A stretch of 64,000 bases of DNA from a virus: the IMG/VR virus record IMGVR_UViG_3300033153_000868, positions 1-64,000 of that record; one strand, written 5' to 3'. Every line of letters begins with the position of its first letter. Within the stretch, counting starts at the first letter, position 1. Made by a program: the position numbers and the translations under genes. Below the pieces are notes generated by a model that searched no databases, was not told the origin of the DNA, and was given only the letters and a program-made list of their open reading frames with translations. Positions 38,667-47,957 of the stretch are shown piece by piece.

Positions 38667-39011
38667 ATGGATTATTTTGAATTAGAATGTGCAGTTGAAA
38701 GCTGGGCAGAAGAAAAAGGTATTTTAGAAAAAGCAACGCCAATGGCCCAAGCTTTAAAGACATTAGAAGAAACAACTGAGCTCTGCACGGCTATCAATGC
38801 TGATGACCGTGAAGAGATCATTGATGCTATGGGTGATATTATGGTCACCCTGATTATTCAGGCTAAGATGCAAAATGTATCTTTAGAGTATTGTCTTAAG
38901 TCAGCTTATAATGTAATTTCTAAACGTACCGGTAAAATGGTTAACGGTCAGTTTGTAAAAGATATAGATATTATATCTGGTACTGAGTCAGCTTACATAA
39001 AGAATGATTAA
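38667..39011 (+). CDS. MazG-like nucleotide pyrophosphohydrolase
   Basis: 'WAEEKGI...KTLEETTEL...IIDAMGD...AYNVISKRTGKMVNGQFVKD'. Confidence 0.85.
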   Translation: MDYFELECAVESWAEEKGILEKATPMAQALKTLEETTELCTAINADDREEIIDAMGDIMVTLIIQAKMQNVSLEYCLKSAYNVISKRTGKMVNGQFVKDIDIISGTESAYIKND

Positions 39012-39837
39012 GGTACAAAGAACTAAGACCCTTGTAACTAAACCAAATAACAATAGTGCTAACTGCATAGCTCCCAATATTATCTACGGGTGTTTTGGCG
39101 GCTGTGTAGATACCTATTGTTATATGTCTAGGTATAATGGCAAAAGAGTCTTTGTTAATAAAAACGTTGACCAGATCTTCCAGTCTGTAGTTAATTGGGA
39201 AAAATCTTACTATAAAGAACCTGATCAACAAGACCCTATATATACTATGGTAGATGTAGCATGCAATTCAGATTTAGTTCTAATGCAAAAACATATGCCT
39301 GAACCTTTAATTGATTACCTTAAACGTTATGATGATCATCCTCAGCTTAATAGCACTATGGCCACTAAGTATCCGGGGTTGTTGAAGCTTGACGTAAAAA
39401 AGTTCAACAAACCTCCAAGAGTACGTGTAAGCCTTATGCCTCAGAAGTATTCTAATATATTAGAACCTAAGATGCAAAAGATAGAAAGTCGTATAGCTGA
39501 TGTTAACCGTCTAAAAGATTTAGGCTGGCAAGTTCATCTTAATTATAGCCCTTTAGTCTTTTATCCCGGTTGGAAAGAAGAGTATGATAAACTTTTTGCA
39601 CAGGTAAAAGAACAGGCAGGCATAAATAAATGTGAAGTTATTGCACTTACTAATCATACTAATCAAATGGCCAAGGCATCACCAGAAGCCCAGGACATGA
39701 TGAAGTATAGTTCAGAAGTAAAAAATCAAAGCGGTGTCATGAGATATCCTCTGATGCATAAAGGCCGGTTATTAAGAGAGTTTAAAGAGATATACAGTAA
39801 ATATTTTCCTTTAAATACAATAAGATATATATTTTAA
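39004..39837 (+). CDS. splB: Spore photoproduct lyase-like radical SAM protein
   Basis: 'GCFGGCVDTYCYM', 'DVACNSDL', 'ATKY', 'RVRVSLMP', 'GWQVHLNYSPLVFYPGWKEEY', C-terminal 'FPLNTIRYIF' parallel the SplB motifs. Confidence 0.8.
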   Translation: MIKVQRTKTLVTKPNNNSANCIAPNIIYGCFGGCVDTYCYMSRYNGKRVFVNKNVDQIFQSVVNWEKSYYKEPDQQDPIYTMVDVACNSDLVLMQKHMPEPLIDYLKRYDDHPQLNSTMATKYPGLLKLDVKKFNKPPRVRVSLMPQKYSNILEPKMQKIESRIADVNRLKDLGWQVHLNYSPLVFYPGWKEEYDKLFAQVKEQAGINKCEVIALTNHTNQMAKASPEAQDMMKYSSEVKNQSGVMRYPLMHKGRLLREFKEIYSKYFPLNTIRYIF

Positions 39838-39888
39838 TTTGCTGTGTCAGATTAATTTATTATATTTACACTTTAAAAGTTTAATATT

Positions 39889-40770
39889 ATGGGACATAAA
39901 AAACCAACAGAGACCACAAGGTCTTATTTAGAGAATGCACCCTTACCCAATCATGGTAAGACATACACAGTTGTTACACACAAAGAGGTGATAGACAATA
40001 CGTTAACTTTACTCAAGAAGAGTGGGTTCACAGTTCAAAGGGAAATATACAGAGCAAATACTAATGCTACAATTGCACAAGGTATTTATCATATTTACCC
40101 TAGTAGAAGCGTTGATGAAGATATCATTAATGAAACTGAATTAGGGATGATGTTTGCCTGGACTAATTCATATAATAAACTTGTTAGATTCCAATGTGCT
40201 ATTGGGGCCTATGTTAAGGTTTGTTATAACGGTATGGTTGCTGGAGATATGATGAATTTCAAAAGAAAACATACTGGGACGGCAAATTTGGATTGCTCTA
40301 TAAATATAGCTGATCAAGTTAAAAATGCTGAGAAGTATTATAAACGTATCATCAAAGATAGAGACGCTATGAAGAATGTTATTCTTACTGAAAGACAACA
40401 AGCTGAATTAGTAGGTAGAATGTTTGTACAGGAAGAACTTATAGATTCTCAACAAACATCTATTATTAAGGCTGAGCTAGCTAAACCATCATTTCACTAT
40501 GGTACTGATGCTGAATCCTGCTGGACTTTTTATAATCATGTTACACATGCATTAAAGAAAGCACATCCACGCTACTGGCTGCAAGACAGTCAAAATTTTC
40601 ATGACTTTATTGTTGCAGAATGTTTAAATACATCTAAGCCAACCATAAAAAAAGAAGCTTTATTATCTGATAAAGTTATTGTAATGTCAGAATCAGTAGA
40701 AGAAGTGGTAGAAGTTGATGAAGATGTTACTGACACACAACTAATTGAAAATGTATTTCTAGATCAGTGA
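39889..40770 (+). CDS. DUF932/DUF945-family protein
   Basis: 'YTVVTHKEVI', 'WTNSYN', 'GAYVKVCYNGM', 'RKHTG', 'WTFYNHVTHALK'. Confidence 0.7.
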   Translation: MGHKKPTETTRSYLENAPLPNHGKTYTVVTHKEVIDNTLTLLKKSGFTVQREIYRANTNATIAQGIYHIYPSRSVDEDIINETELGMMFAWTNSYNKLVRFQCAIGAYVKVCYNGMVAGDMMNFKRKHTGTANLDCSINIADQVKNAEKYYKRIIKDRDAMKNVILTERQQAELVGRMFVQEELIDSQQTSIIKAELAKPSFHYGTDAESCWTFYNHVTHALKKAHPRYWLQDSQNFHDFIVAECLNTSKPTIKKEALLSDKVIVMSESVEEVVEVDEDVTDTQLIENVFLDQ

Positions 40771-40835
40771 AGCTAATTGTTGCACTCATATTAGCTATAC
40801 TCTTTTTATACATTAGTAGTCAAAACAAAATGAAT

Positions 40836-40896
40836 AAATAGGAGATAACCAACCGGGGCCTGAGTTTTTGCATTCTTGGGCTCTGGCTCCTTATTT
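40836..40896 (+). other. Long GC-rich intergenic hairpin
   Basis: CCGGGGCCTGAG (40853-64) pairs with CTTGGGCTCTGG (40875-86); outer AAATAGGAG/CTCCTTATTT. Confidence 0.5.
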
Positions 40897-40920
40897 ACTC
40901 CCTTTACAAAAGAATAACAC

Positions 40921-41112
40921 ATGAAGAAATTTCTAGAATTTGCTTTGATATGGTACAGTCAACAGATGGCTATACCATTCTGGGTGATCGGACACGTACA
41001 TTTAAGCGTAAATACATATAAAGACTTGCATGAAATCATAGCTAGCCTAGGATTAAACGTACTCGTAGCTGTTGGTTTTATAATAGACTATCGTAAAAAT
41101 AAAGACAAATGA
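40921..41112 (+). CDS. Small membrane protein
   Basis: 63 aa, hydrophobic. Confidence 0.6.
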   Translation: MKKFLEFALIWYSQQMAIPFWVIGHVHLSVNTYKDLHEIIASLGLNVLVAVGFIIDYRKNKDK

Positions 41113-41315
41113 CAAATAAAGAAAGAAAAGAAAAAGAAAGATATGCCAAGGCCGGAGTAAACTTTATACCTTGTAGTGAAGATAGTCAGATTTATAGCTG
41201 GCAAAGAACAAATAGAAAAGCAACATCAGGTGCTGCAAATGGACCATGTGGTGCATATGAGGTTAGAAAGATTGAAGATGTAATGGCTGAAAGAAGAAAA
41301 AAGAAAAAGAAATGA
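41109..41315 (+). CDS. Small basic hypothetical protein
   Basis: 68 aa, ATGA-coupled to its neighbours. Confidence 0.6.
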   Translation: MTNKERKEKERYAKAGVNFIPCSEDSQIYSWQRTNRKATSGAANGPCGAYEVRKIEDVMAERRKKKKK

Positions 41316-41626
41316 TTAAAAAAGAATGGATGTTTATGGATAAAGCTGAAAAAAGAAAAGGAACTCCAGTATTCACTGGCGTATTAAAATATTTCCCGGA
41401 TGCTATTATGGAAATAGCACGTGTATCTTTACAGGGAAACAAACAACATCATCCTGATAAACCTCTTCATTGGGATCGTAATAAGTCTAATGATGATTAT
41501 GATGCATTAGCTAGACATCTAATTGATGCAGGCACAATTGATGATGATGGAATTAGGCACACCGCAAAGGTTGCTTGGCGTGCTCTTGCATGTTTACAAA
41601 AAGAACTAGAAGAAACTAGAGAATAA
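41312..41626 (+). CDS. DUF5664 / dATP-dGTP diphosphohydrolase-domain protein
   Basis: 'FPDAIMEIARVSLQGNKQH...W...DALARHL...HTAKVAWRALACL'. Confidence 0.75.
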   Translation: MIKKEWMFMDKAEKRKGTPVFTGVLKYFPDAIMEIARVSLQGNKQHHPDKPLHWDRNKSNDDYDALARHLIDAGTIDDDGIRHTAKVAWRALACLQKELEETRE

Positions 41627-41628
41627 AA

Positions 41629-41652
41629 AAAGCCCGGAATTAACCGGGCTTT
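41629..41652. terminator. Bidirectional terminator between convergent transcription units
   Basis: AAAGCCCGG-AATTAA-CCGGGCTTT with A/T flanks. Confidence 0.75.
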
Positions 41653-41670
41653 ATTCTAAAATATTACTAA

Positions 41671-44286
41671 TTATACTTTTTCATTTGAATAGAATCTAAT
41701 TTCAATATTACCTTGAAGGAGACCTTTTGTACTTGCTTTATTATCTTGTTCTAGAAAATCAATCTCAACTATCTGTGGTCCTATTGCAACAGGTGCTTGT
41801 CTAAAATATAGTTCTGCAGGATCAACTCCTTCTGTTATTGGGGATCTACCGCCTACTAAACACCATACTTTTTTAGTACGTGTAGCTTCACAAGCAGTTG
41901 CAGGATCACCTGGTGTATGAATAGTAAAATTATACTGACCAGTTTTTGGTAGAGTACAAGTAACTTGACAACCTGTTGTATTTTCTAACTCAGTCACTGT
42001 TATAGGAGAACCTTTTGGATGAGTCCATGTTGCAACATATGTTGTATAAGGTAAAGAGCCACCGCCTGATCCATTGCTAGCTGCAGTAATCTGACCTTGG
42101 GCATTTACTGTAATATCAGCATTTGTGTAATTTCCTGCAGTTACAGCAGTGTTGTCTAAGTCAACTGTTAATGTATCTGTTGCAGATACTGTAGTTGTTA
42201 AACCAACACCACCGGCAATTTTTGCCGTATTACCTGTTGTAATATCCTCAGAAGTTCCTAAATCACCACCAAGCTTCCAACCATTGTACTCTGCAGGTAT
42301 TGTTGGGAATGTCTGCAGTCTAAAAGTACCATCTATATATTGTGATGTAGTACCTTGAACGTTCCAATTAAGTTGTGTATCTGGACCACTTAAGTTAACT
42401 TCTGTTAAAGTCATTGCTACACCTGCACCGCTTGGCCATGATGTACTTAATGACTCAATACCTGAACTTGATTGAGCAAAATTAATTACAGTAGGGCTAA
42501 CATTGTTATCCATAGTAACACCTGGTCCTGTAAACTCAAACAATCCAGACTCAGTGGTATTACCTACTTTAATGCTATTTACAACATTAGTTGATATTGC
42601 ACTTATTGTTAGTGTTTTTTCACCACTTGGATCTGTATTAACTGAACCTGATAAACCTGAACCTATTGTTATTTTATCACTCCAATATCCTGCTACAGTA
42701 TCTGCTGCATCAATTTTAAACTTAACATCTTCTGATGCCGGTGGGATAGTAGGGAATGTTTCTAATTCACCTTCTCCATTTATATACTGTCCAGCTACTC
42801 CTTTAAAGTCTATAGTTAATTTAGGCGTTGTTGTCGGATCAGTTACAGTAAAATCAATTGAATTTGCTACAACTGGAGTTACTTCAGTTGAGATACTAGT
42901 TACTGTTCCTACATTACCTCCTGGGATTGTTGCCCAATTACCATCTTGTCTTAAGAATTGACCTGCAGTTCCTCCCGAAAGATTTAATTCTATTGTACCG
43001 TTTGATGTGATTGGAGAGCTTCCAACTTGGAAAGCTGCAATATCTGTACTTAAACCAACACTGGTTACAGTACCTCCACCACCTGATGCAATACCATAAA
43101 CAGTACCATCTATTTCTATAGAAGTTAAATCTACTGTAGGATTGCCTGGGTTACCAACTACTACAGAACCTGATCCTTCAACCCATGGTACATTAACAAC
43201 AAGTTGTTTTGCATCATTAAATTGAATTCCGTATGTTCTTTGATCTACATCTGATACAAGAGCTGCTGGTTGTGCTTGTATAACATCACTCCACAATTTA
43301 CCTGTTCCAGTAATTGTAGATGTCATTACTGGACTACTAGTTGCAGATGCTTTTATTGTAACTGTATCATTACCAGCATCAATCAAATCAATTCCAGTAC
43401 CTGCTTCTAGCAATACTTTACCTGCAATTGCACTATTTGAATCTAATAAACTTATAGCATAATTTGTTGTACCTGATACTTCTCCTTTTAGACTATAAGT
43501 GGTTTCTGCGGGCAAGGTAACCTTACTTGTAATTACTTGTGTTACGTGACCCCAATTATCTACTTTAACAACTCTAACAGCATCAAAACTGTCTCCAAAA
43601 TCTGGATCAACATTTTCATTAACAAAGTCTACTACTTGTTCATCATGATTAAATGTTACAGTATCTGTACCATTACCAATAGTTGTTATTTTATCACCAC
43701 CAACAAAGAACACCTTAGCGTCACAACCAACAGTAAATCCACCTTCTCCTCCTACAATCCATTTACATTCGCTTGCATTGTCTTTCCAAACTACAGTACC
43801 ATCTGGTTGAGCAATAAGGACTTGACCAGGTGTTCCTTCTGATTGATTAAAGTCTAAAACTTTTGATGCTAACCATATCTTATTTGATGGATCAGAAAAA
43901 CCTAAACTAACATTACCTGCTAATTCTGAGTCTTTTTTAACAAGAAGATTACCACTAACAGCAATTGTTGTATTAGCAGCATCTTGAGTCATAATGCTAT
44001 CCTTTAATGCTTTTAAACTACATACTCCATCTGTCTCAGTATAAACAGGCACATAACCTATATTTCCTGATCCATCTACAGTTCTAGTTAACCCCTTAGT
44101 TATTTCACATACTAAATCTTGACCTTTTATTACAAAAGGCTCCATTTTTGGAGAGTAAGATGTCCCAGTATTTAATGTACTGTTTTGCTTTCTTCCAAAT
44201 TCAAACCAGTCTGTTTTTAGATTAAGAGTTTTTTTGTCTTTGTTTCTTTGCAGTAGGTTTAAAACCTCTTGTATAAATACGCTCAT
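41671..44286 (-). CDS. Fibre-like virion protein with internal repeats
   Basis: 871 aa, G/T/S/V-rich; 'GTVTSV', 'GT.GQ(F/Y)...G...T(F)PTIP' repeats and 'VTAGNYTNADITVNAQGQITAASNG'. Confidence 0.75.
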   Translation of the reverse strand: MSVFIQEVLNLLQRNKDKKTLNLKTDWFEFGRKQNSTLNTGTSYSPKMEPFVIKGQDLVCEITKGLTRTVDGSGNIGYVPVYTETDGVCSLKALKDSIMTQDAANTTIAVSGNLLVKKDSELAGNVSLGFSDPSNKIWLASKVLDFNQSEGTPGQVLIAQPDGTVVWKDNASECKWIVGGEGGFTVGCDAKVFFVGGDKITTIGNGTDTVTFNHDEQVVDFVNENVDPDFGDSFDAVRVVKVDNWGHVTQVITSKVTLPAETTYSLKGEVSGTTNYAISLLDSNSAIAGKVLLEAGTGIDLIDAGNDTVTIKASATSSPVMTSTITGTGKLWSDVIQAQPAALVSDVDQRTYGIQFNDAKQLVVNVPWVEGSGSVVVGNPGNPTVDLTSIEIDGTVYGIASGGGGTVTSVGLSTDIAAFQVGSSPITSNGTIELNLSGGTAGQFLRQDGNWATIPGGNVGTVTSISTEVTPVVANSIDFTVTDPTTTPKLTIDFKGVAGQYINGEGELETFPTIPPASEDVKFKIDAADTVAGYWSDKITIGSGLSGSVNTDPSGEKTLTISAISTNVVNSIKVGNTTESGLFEFTGPGVTMDNNVSPTVINFAQSSSGIESLSTSWPSGAGVAMTLTEVNLSGPDTQLNWNVQGTTSQYIDGTFRLQTFPTIPAEYNGWKLGGDLGTSEDITTGNTAKIAGGVGLTTTVSATDTLTVDLDNTAVTAGNYTNADITVNAQGQITAASNGSGGGSLPYTTYVATWTHPKGSPITVTELENTTGCQVTCTLPKTGQYNFTIHTPGDPATACEATRTKKVWCLVGGRSPITEGVDPAELYFRQAPVAIGPQIVEIDFLEQDNKASTKGLLQGNIEIRFYSNEKV

Positions 44287-44298
44287 TTTTTTTTTTAT

Positions 44299-44643
44299 TT
44301 ATAGATACAGAGCAGACAGTTTAATATCTGCCTGTACCGTACATGTTATTGTTATATTTCCGTCAGCATCATTAAATGCATCAATTTCAAAAGGGCCTAA
44401 AAAACCCTCTTCACCAGCTGCTAAAGTTATAACAGCGTTTTCTTTAACTAATTTACCTAATGAAGGGTCTATTACTGTTGTTACCACTGGTACTACAGTA
44501 GCAGTTACTGATACACTGCTATCATTTTCTAAATGAAAAAACTGTGTTCCTGTATTAGCTAATTTATCACCTGCTAATGCTGGTGTTACTGTTGCAGGCT
44601 TTAAGCCCTGCTGTGTTATTCTTTGTGCAGTTAATGTTGCCAT
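44299..44643 (-). CDS. Small beta-rich virion (decoration-like) protein
   Basis: 'MATLTAQRIT...GDKLANTG...GPFEIDAFNDADGNITIT'. Confidence 0.6.
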   Translation of the reverse strand: MATLTAQRITQQGLKPATVTPALAGDKLANTGTQFFHLENDSSVSVTATVVPVVTTVIDPSLGKLVKENAVITLAAGEEGFLGPFEIDAFNDADGNITITCTVQADIKLSALYL

Positions 44644-44649
44644 GCTTTA

Positions 44650-44883
44650 TTATTTACAATACCCTCTTTTAAAAGCTTCAGACTGAACAGGTTCTTTTGC
44701 TCTAGTTGACTTTTGTGGAGGATTTAAATTAGTCTTTTTTGCTAATCTTATTCTTGCTTCAACTTTTTTCTTATTCTTAGCATTTTGCAATGCTTGTGGA
44801 ATAGACGTAGGGTTATAAACCCCATTAGTTGTTTCTCTTTTATAGCTTTCACCCTGCATAGGGAATGATATTTTCTTTGCCAT
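44650..44883 (-). CDS. Small basic protein
   Basis: 77 aa, K-rich. Confidence 0.65.
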   Translation of the reverse strand: MAKKISFPMQGESYKRETTNGVYNPTSIPQALQNAKNKKKVEARIRLAKKTNLNPPQKSTRAKEPVQSEAFKRGYCK

Positions 44884-44885
44884 GA

Positions 44886-45155
44886 TTATTTCTTTTTAGA
44901 TTTCTTGTTGCTACCACCATATTGTAAAGCTCTCATGCTAGCAATATTTTTTTTGTCTTGTTCTGTTTTGAACTTAGGTCTAAAAAAAGTGCTTTCTTTA
45001 GCCTCTAATTCTTTTACAAGTTGAGCATCAGACTTATTTGGTAAGCTATCATATACATCAGTTACATCGCCACCAGCCATATAACCTTTTAGACCACCTC
45101 CTTTAGAGTATGCATCTATTTTCATTTTGTTTGTAATACCTTTCTTGTTTCCCAT
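44886..45155 (-). CDS. Small basic protein with xxGG motifs
   Basis: 'YSKGGGLKGYMAGG', 'QYGG'. Confidence 0.65.
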   Translation of the reverse strand: MGNKKGITNKMKIDAYSKGGGLKGYMAGGDVTDVYDSLPNKSDAQLVKELEAKESTFFRPKFKTEQDKKNIASMRALQYGGSNKKSKKK

Positions 45156-45157
45156 GA

Positions 45158-45358
45158 CTATTTTTTTACTTTTTTAGGGCCACCGTATTGTTTATAGTCT
45201 AATACTGAACCACCATTCATAAAACCTTTTAGTCCACCACCTTTAGCCATTGATTCCATTCCTGCTTTAGAAGGTGTAATGTCTCCATCTCCAGCACCTT
45301 TTGTAAATCCACCACCGTAAGTGTAGCTCATTCCTGCTTTTTTCATATTATTTGGCAT
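45158..45358 (-). CDS. Small basic protein with xxGG motifs
   Basis: 'MAKGGGLKGFMNGG', 'KQYGG'. Confidence 0.65.
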   Translation of the reverse strand: MPNNMKKAGMSYTYGGGFTKGAGDGDITPSKAGMESMAKGGGLKGFMNGGSVLDYKQYGGPKKVKK

Positions 45359-45363
45359 AATTT

Positions 45364-45825
45364 CTATTTTTTAATTGTTGTATATTTTTCAAATCCACGT
45401 GACCCAAAATAAGCTACATAAATTGTAACTAATAAAGTCTTTAATAAATCAACCCAACTTTCATCTATATCAAATGCTATATTTAAAGAGTCAAGAATAA
45501 TATATAAAGATGTGATGACAGTTAAATATATTAATGTCATTGGTCTTGTATTTTTACTAAGCCATGAATCAGATTTCATATCAGACTCCCATCTTTTACT
45601 AACTTCTTGAAGTTCTATCTGATCTAATTCTAAAAGTTTCAAAGCTTTCTCTTTGTCTTCCGGTGGCATAACAGGATCTTTATCTATAAGATTCTTTACT
45701 ATACCAAGAACACCAGAGTCTGGTAATAAATCTCCTACTGTATCTACAATAGCAGAACCATTACCTAATAGGAACTTTCCTACTTTAGTATCTTTAAATT
45801 TCTTTTTAGGTTTTTTATCACTCAT
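45364..45825 (-). CDS. Putative holin (3TM-holin-like)
   Basis: 'RWESDMKSDSWLSKNTRP' followed by TM segments and 'AYFGSRGFEK'. Confidence 0.7.
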   Translation of the reverse strand: MSDKKPKKKFKDTKVGKFLLGNGSAIVDTVGDLLPDSGVLGIVKNLIDKDPVMPPEDKEKALKLLELDQIELQEVSKRWESDMKSDSWLSKNTRPMTLIYLTVITSLYIILDSLNIAFDIDESWVDLLKTLLVTIYVAYFGSRGFEKYTTIKK

Positions 45826-45834
45826 GTTTTTAAT

Positions 45835-46824
45835 TTAAGGGTATACTAATATTTCTAAAGGTGTATAAAGCAATTGACCATCTACATTTGACAATGATGA
45901 ACCAGCAAACGTTTGTAAAGAAAAGTCTTCATCACTTATACTATTTATATTAAATAGCTGAGGTCCTGACTTTCCTGTCTGTGATACTGTAATTGCAATT
46001 TTATTTACGTCAGCTACAGCTGGAGAAAAATCAAATTGATATGTTCCTGGCTGATCTCTACTTACACTTAATGTAAAATCTGTTGTGTTTTCTAATACAG
46101 TAATTACCGGATCATTATCGCCAGCTTGACTTAACAATGCTCTAAATACTTTTGGTGAAAAGTATGAAATACTTATTGTATCTCCTTTTGTTTGAACATC
46201 TATATCACCAGCACCAATTAAAGTTCTAAACCTTAATTGATCACCTATTTCACTTTCAAAAACCTCTTGACCTCCGCCTATATTAATTGCAGATGTTTGA
46301 TCACCACCACCTGTTGCATTAATGATCAGTGAACTACCATCATCACTTATATTTATATTAGAACCTGCAACTATAGATTTAAATCTCAGTGATTCACCAA
46401 CTTTATCTTTATATAAACCAAAGCCACGTCCTATATTTTCTGCAGTATTGGGTTCTCCATCAGTAGTTAATTCTATATAGTTATCATCTAATGATAAAGC
46501 CAGTTTTAAGTTAGATGATAAACTTTTAAGTGAGCGTAAATAAGATATGCATTCCCCTGTATCAGGGTCAGTTGTTGTTTTTTGAAATACACCTACTCCA
46601 GATTTTGTATTTTCTGGTGTATTTTTTATTTCACATGACGCAGCTTCAACCTTAAAGTCTTTTACTTTAATAAGCTTAACTGCTTTATAAGGAATTGGAG
46701 AAGCTACACCAGTCATATCAGGCTGTTCATTCCATTTTCCTAAAACAAGAACATCATCTTTTTCAGCAAGCTTTGAAAACTTACCTTGTCTAATTAAACT
46801 TAATATGTCAGTTAAAATATTCAT
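45835..46824 (-). CDS. Fibre-like virion protein
   Basis: Tandem 'NIG.G......G..LRF(K/R)(S/T)(I/L)' repeats; C-terminal domain similar to that of 41671. Confidence 0.7.
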   Translation of the reverse strand: MNILTDILSLIRQGKFSKLAEKDDVLVLGKWNEQPDMTGVASPIPYKAVKLIKVKDFKVEAASCEIKNTPENTKSGVGVFQKTTTDPDTGECISYLRSLKSLSSNLKLALSLDDNYIELTTDGEPNTAENIGRGFGLYKDKVGESLRFKSIVAGSNINISDDGSSLIINATGGGDQTSAINIGGGQEVFESEIGDQLRFRTLIGAGDIDVQTKGDTISISYFSPKVFRALLSQAGDNDPVITVLENTTDFTLSVSRDQPGTYQFDFSPAVADVNKIAITVSQTGKSGPQLFNINSISDEDFSLQTFAGSSLSNVDGQLLYTPLEILVYP

Positions 46825-46827
46825 ACT

Positions 46828-47052
46828 TTATTTGCCATCATAGGTCCAACCACCCATTTTATATTTTTGTTTTTTATCTTTACCAGATCTATCTTGAACA
46901 ATTCTTTCTGCATTACCACCTTTTCTCATTTTTTCTACTACAGAACCTAGCATGATATCTTCTTCAGCAAGTTCACCACCTATTCTCATAAGTAGTTTAC
47001 TTTTCTGTCTTGTCATTTTTTGCTTTGGTAAGCAAGCTCTTTTTTTAGCCAT
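46828..47052 (-). CDS. Small basic protein with xxGG motifs
   Basis: 'MRIGG', 'MRKGG', 'YKMGG'. Confidence 0.65.
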   Translation of the reverse strand: MAKKRACLPKQKMTRQKSKLLMRIGGELAEEDIMLGSVVEKMRKGGNAERIVQDRSGKDKKQKYKMGGWTYDGK

Positions 47053-47063
47053 TTTATTTAAAT

Positions 47064-47210
47064 TTATATGTCTAATGTAAACGTTACAAAAAACAGGTAT
47101 ACTTTCATTGTAGCATAATTAAACTCAGCATCTGGTTGTATAAACTCCCAACCCAATGCAAATCTATTGTGCGGCCAATGAAATGCTATTTCTAATTGCC
47201 AATCACCCAT
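47064..47210 (-). CDS. Small hypothetical protein (48 aa)
   Basis: MGDWQLEIAFHWPHNRFALGWEFIQPD... Confidence 0.55.
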   Translation of the reverse strand: MGDWQLEIAFHWPHNRFALGWEFIQPDAEFNYATMKVYLFFVTFTLDI

Positions 47211-47311
47211 TATATTTTACTTTTAGTTTTTTTACAAAGACCTTGACGGCAATGCCCTAAACAAACTTTACCTTTTGTAACCCATTGTATTAATAAACAA
47301 ATTTGTCTCAT
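47210..47311 (-). CDS. Small Cys-containing protein (33 aa)
   Basis: MRQICLLIQWVTKGKVCLGHCRQGLCKK...; start and stop overlap the neighbours. Confidence 0.45.
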   Translation of the reverse strand: MRQICLLIQWVTKGKVCLGHCRQGLCKKTKSKI

Positions 47312-47442
47312 CTTCCTTGTCCTTTATATTTTTTTTTATAGTTCTTACTTGTTTTTAAACTAGAACTTTTGCTTTTTGCATGAACCCCAGGTCTTTTTGA
47401 CTTTGAGGGTTTTTCATATACTGCTGCTTGTACTCTTGCCAT
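47308..47442 (-). CDS. Small highly basic protein (44 aa)
   Basis: 'KRPGVHAKSKSSSLKTSKNYKKKYKGQGR'. Confidence 0.6.
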   Translation of the reverse strand: MARVQAAVYEKPSKSKRPGVHAKSKSSSLKTSKNYKKKYKGQGR

Positions 47443-47444
47443 TA

Positions 47445-47696
47445 CTATGCTTTTTTACTAGATTTTCTTTTTCTAGTTTTACCAGCAGCAGCTTTAGGTA
47501 CATGAGCCAATTGATTACCAACCTCTTTAATTGCTTTACCTACATCAGATAATTCTTGTGCAGTAAGCTTATAGCGTTTTACAATTTCTAACAAGGTAGC
47601 ATGTGCTTTTTCATCTACTGTTGTTCTTGACCAAATAGCTCTCCAATAATCTTGTAAGCTATAAGTCCAAATAACATTTATAATTTTTTTAAACAT
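47445..47696 (-). CDS. Hypothetical protein
   Basis: Start MFKKII; 'IWSRTTVDEKA'. Confidence 0.65.
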   Translation of the reverse strand: MFKKIINVIWTYSLQDYWRAIWSRTTVDEKAHATLLEIVKRYKLTAQELSDVGKAIKEVGNQLAHVPKAAAGKTRKRKSSKKA

Positions 47697-47957
47697 AATA
47701 TGTTTTTTAAAAGTACTATATGAATAATATACAAATTTTGTCTCACTTAAACAACTGATTAACACATATAAATATTATCTTTGTCTAGTGTACTAATATC
47801 AATATACAAAATTTAACTAAGTTAAATTACATATAATATGAGATAAAAAGCAATAGTTCTCTTTTATATCTCATATACATTTAGTAAATTAAATATATCT
47901 AGTAGCCGCATTTTCTCTTGTAGATCATGGGGCTTTTTAATCCTTAATAATAACCTT

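Noticed and set aside
41312-41626. Z-genome (2-aminoadenine) system
   Set aside because: No purZ or datZ homolog visible in the window
47885-47905. NrdR-box-like sequence upstream of nrdB
   Set aside because: Single weak match in AT-rich DNA with no tandem copy
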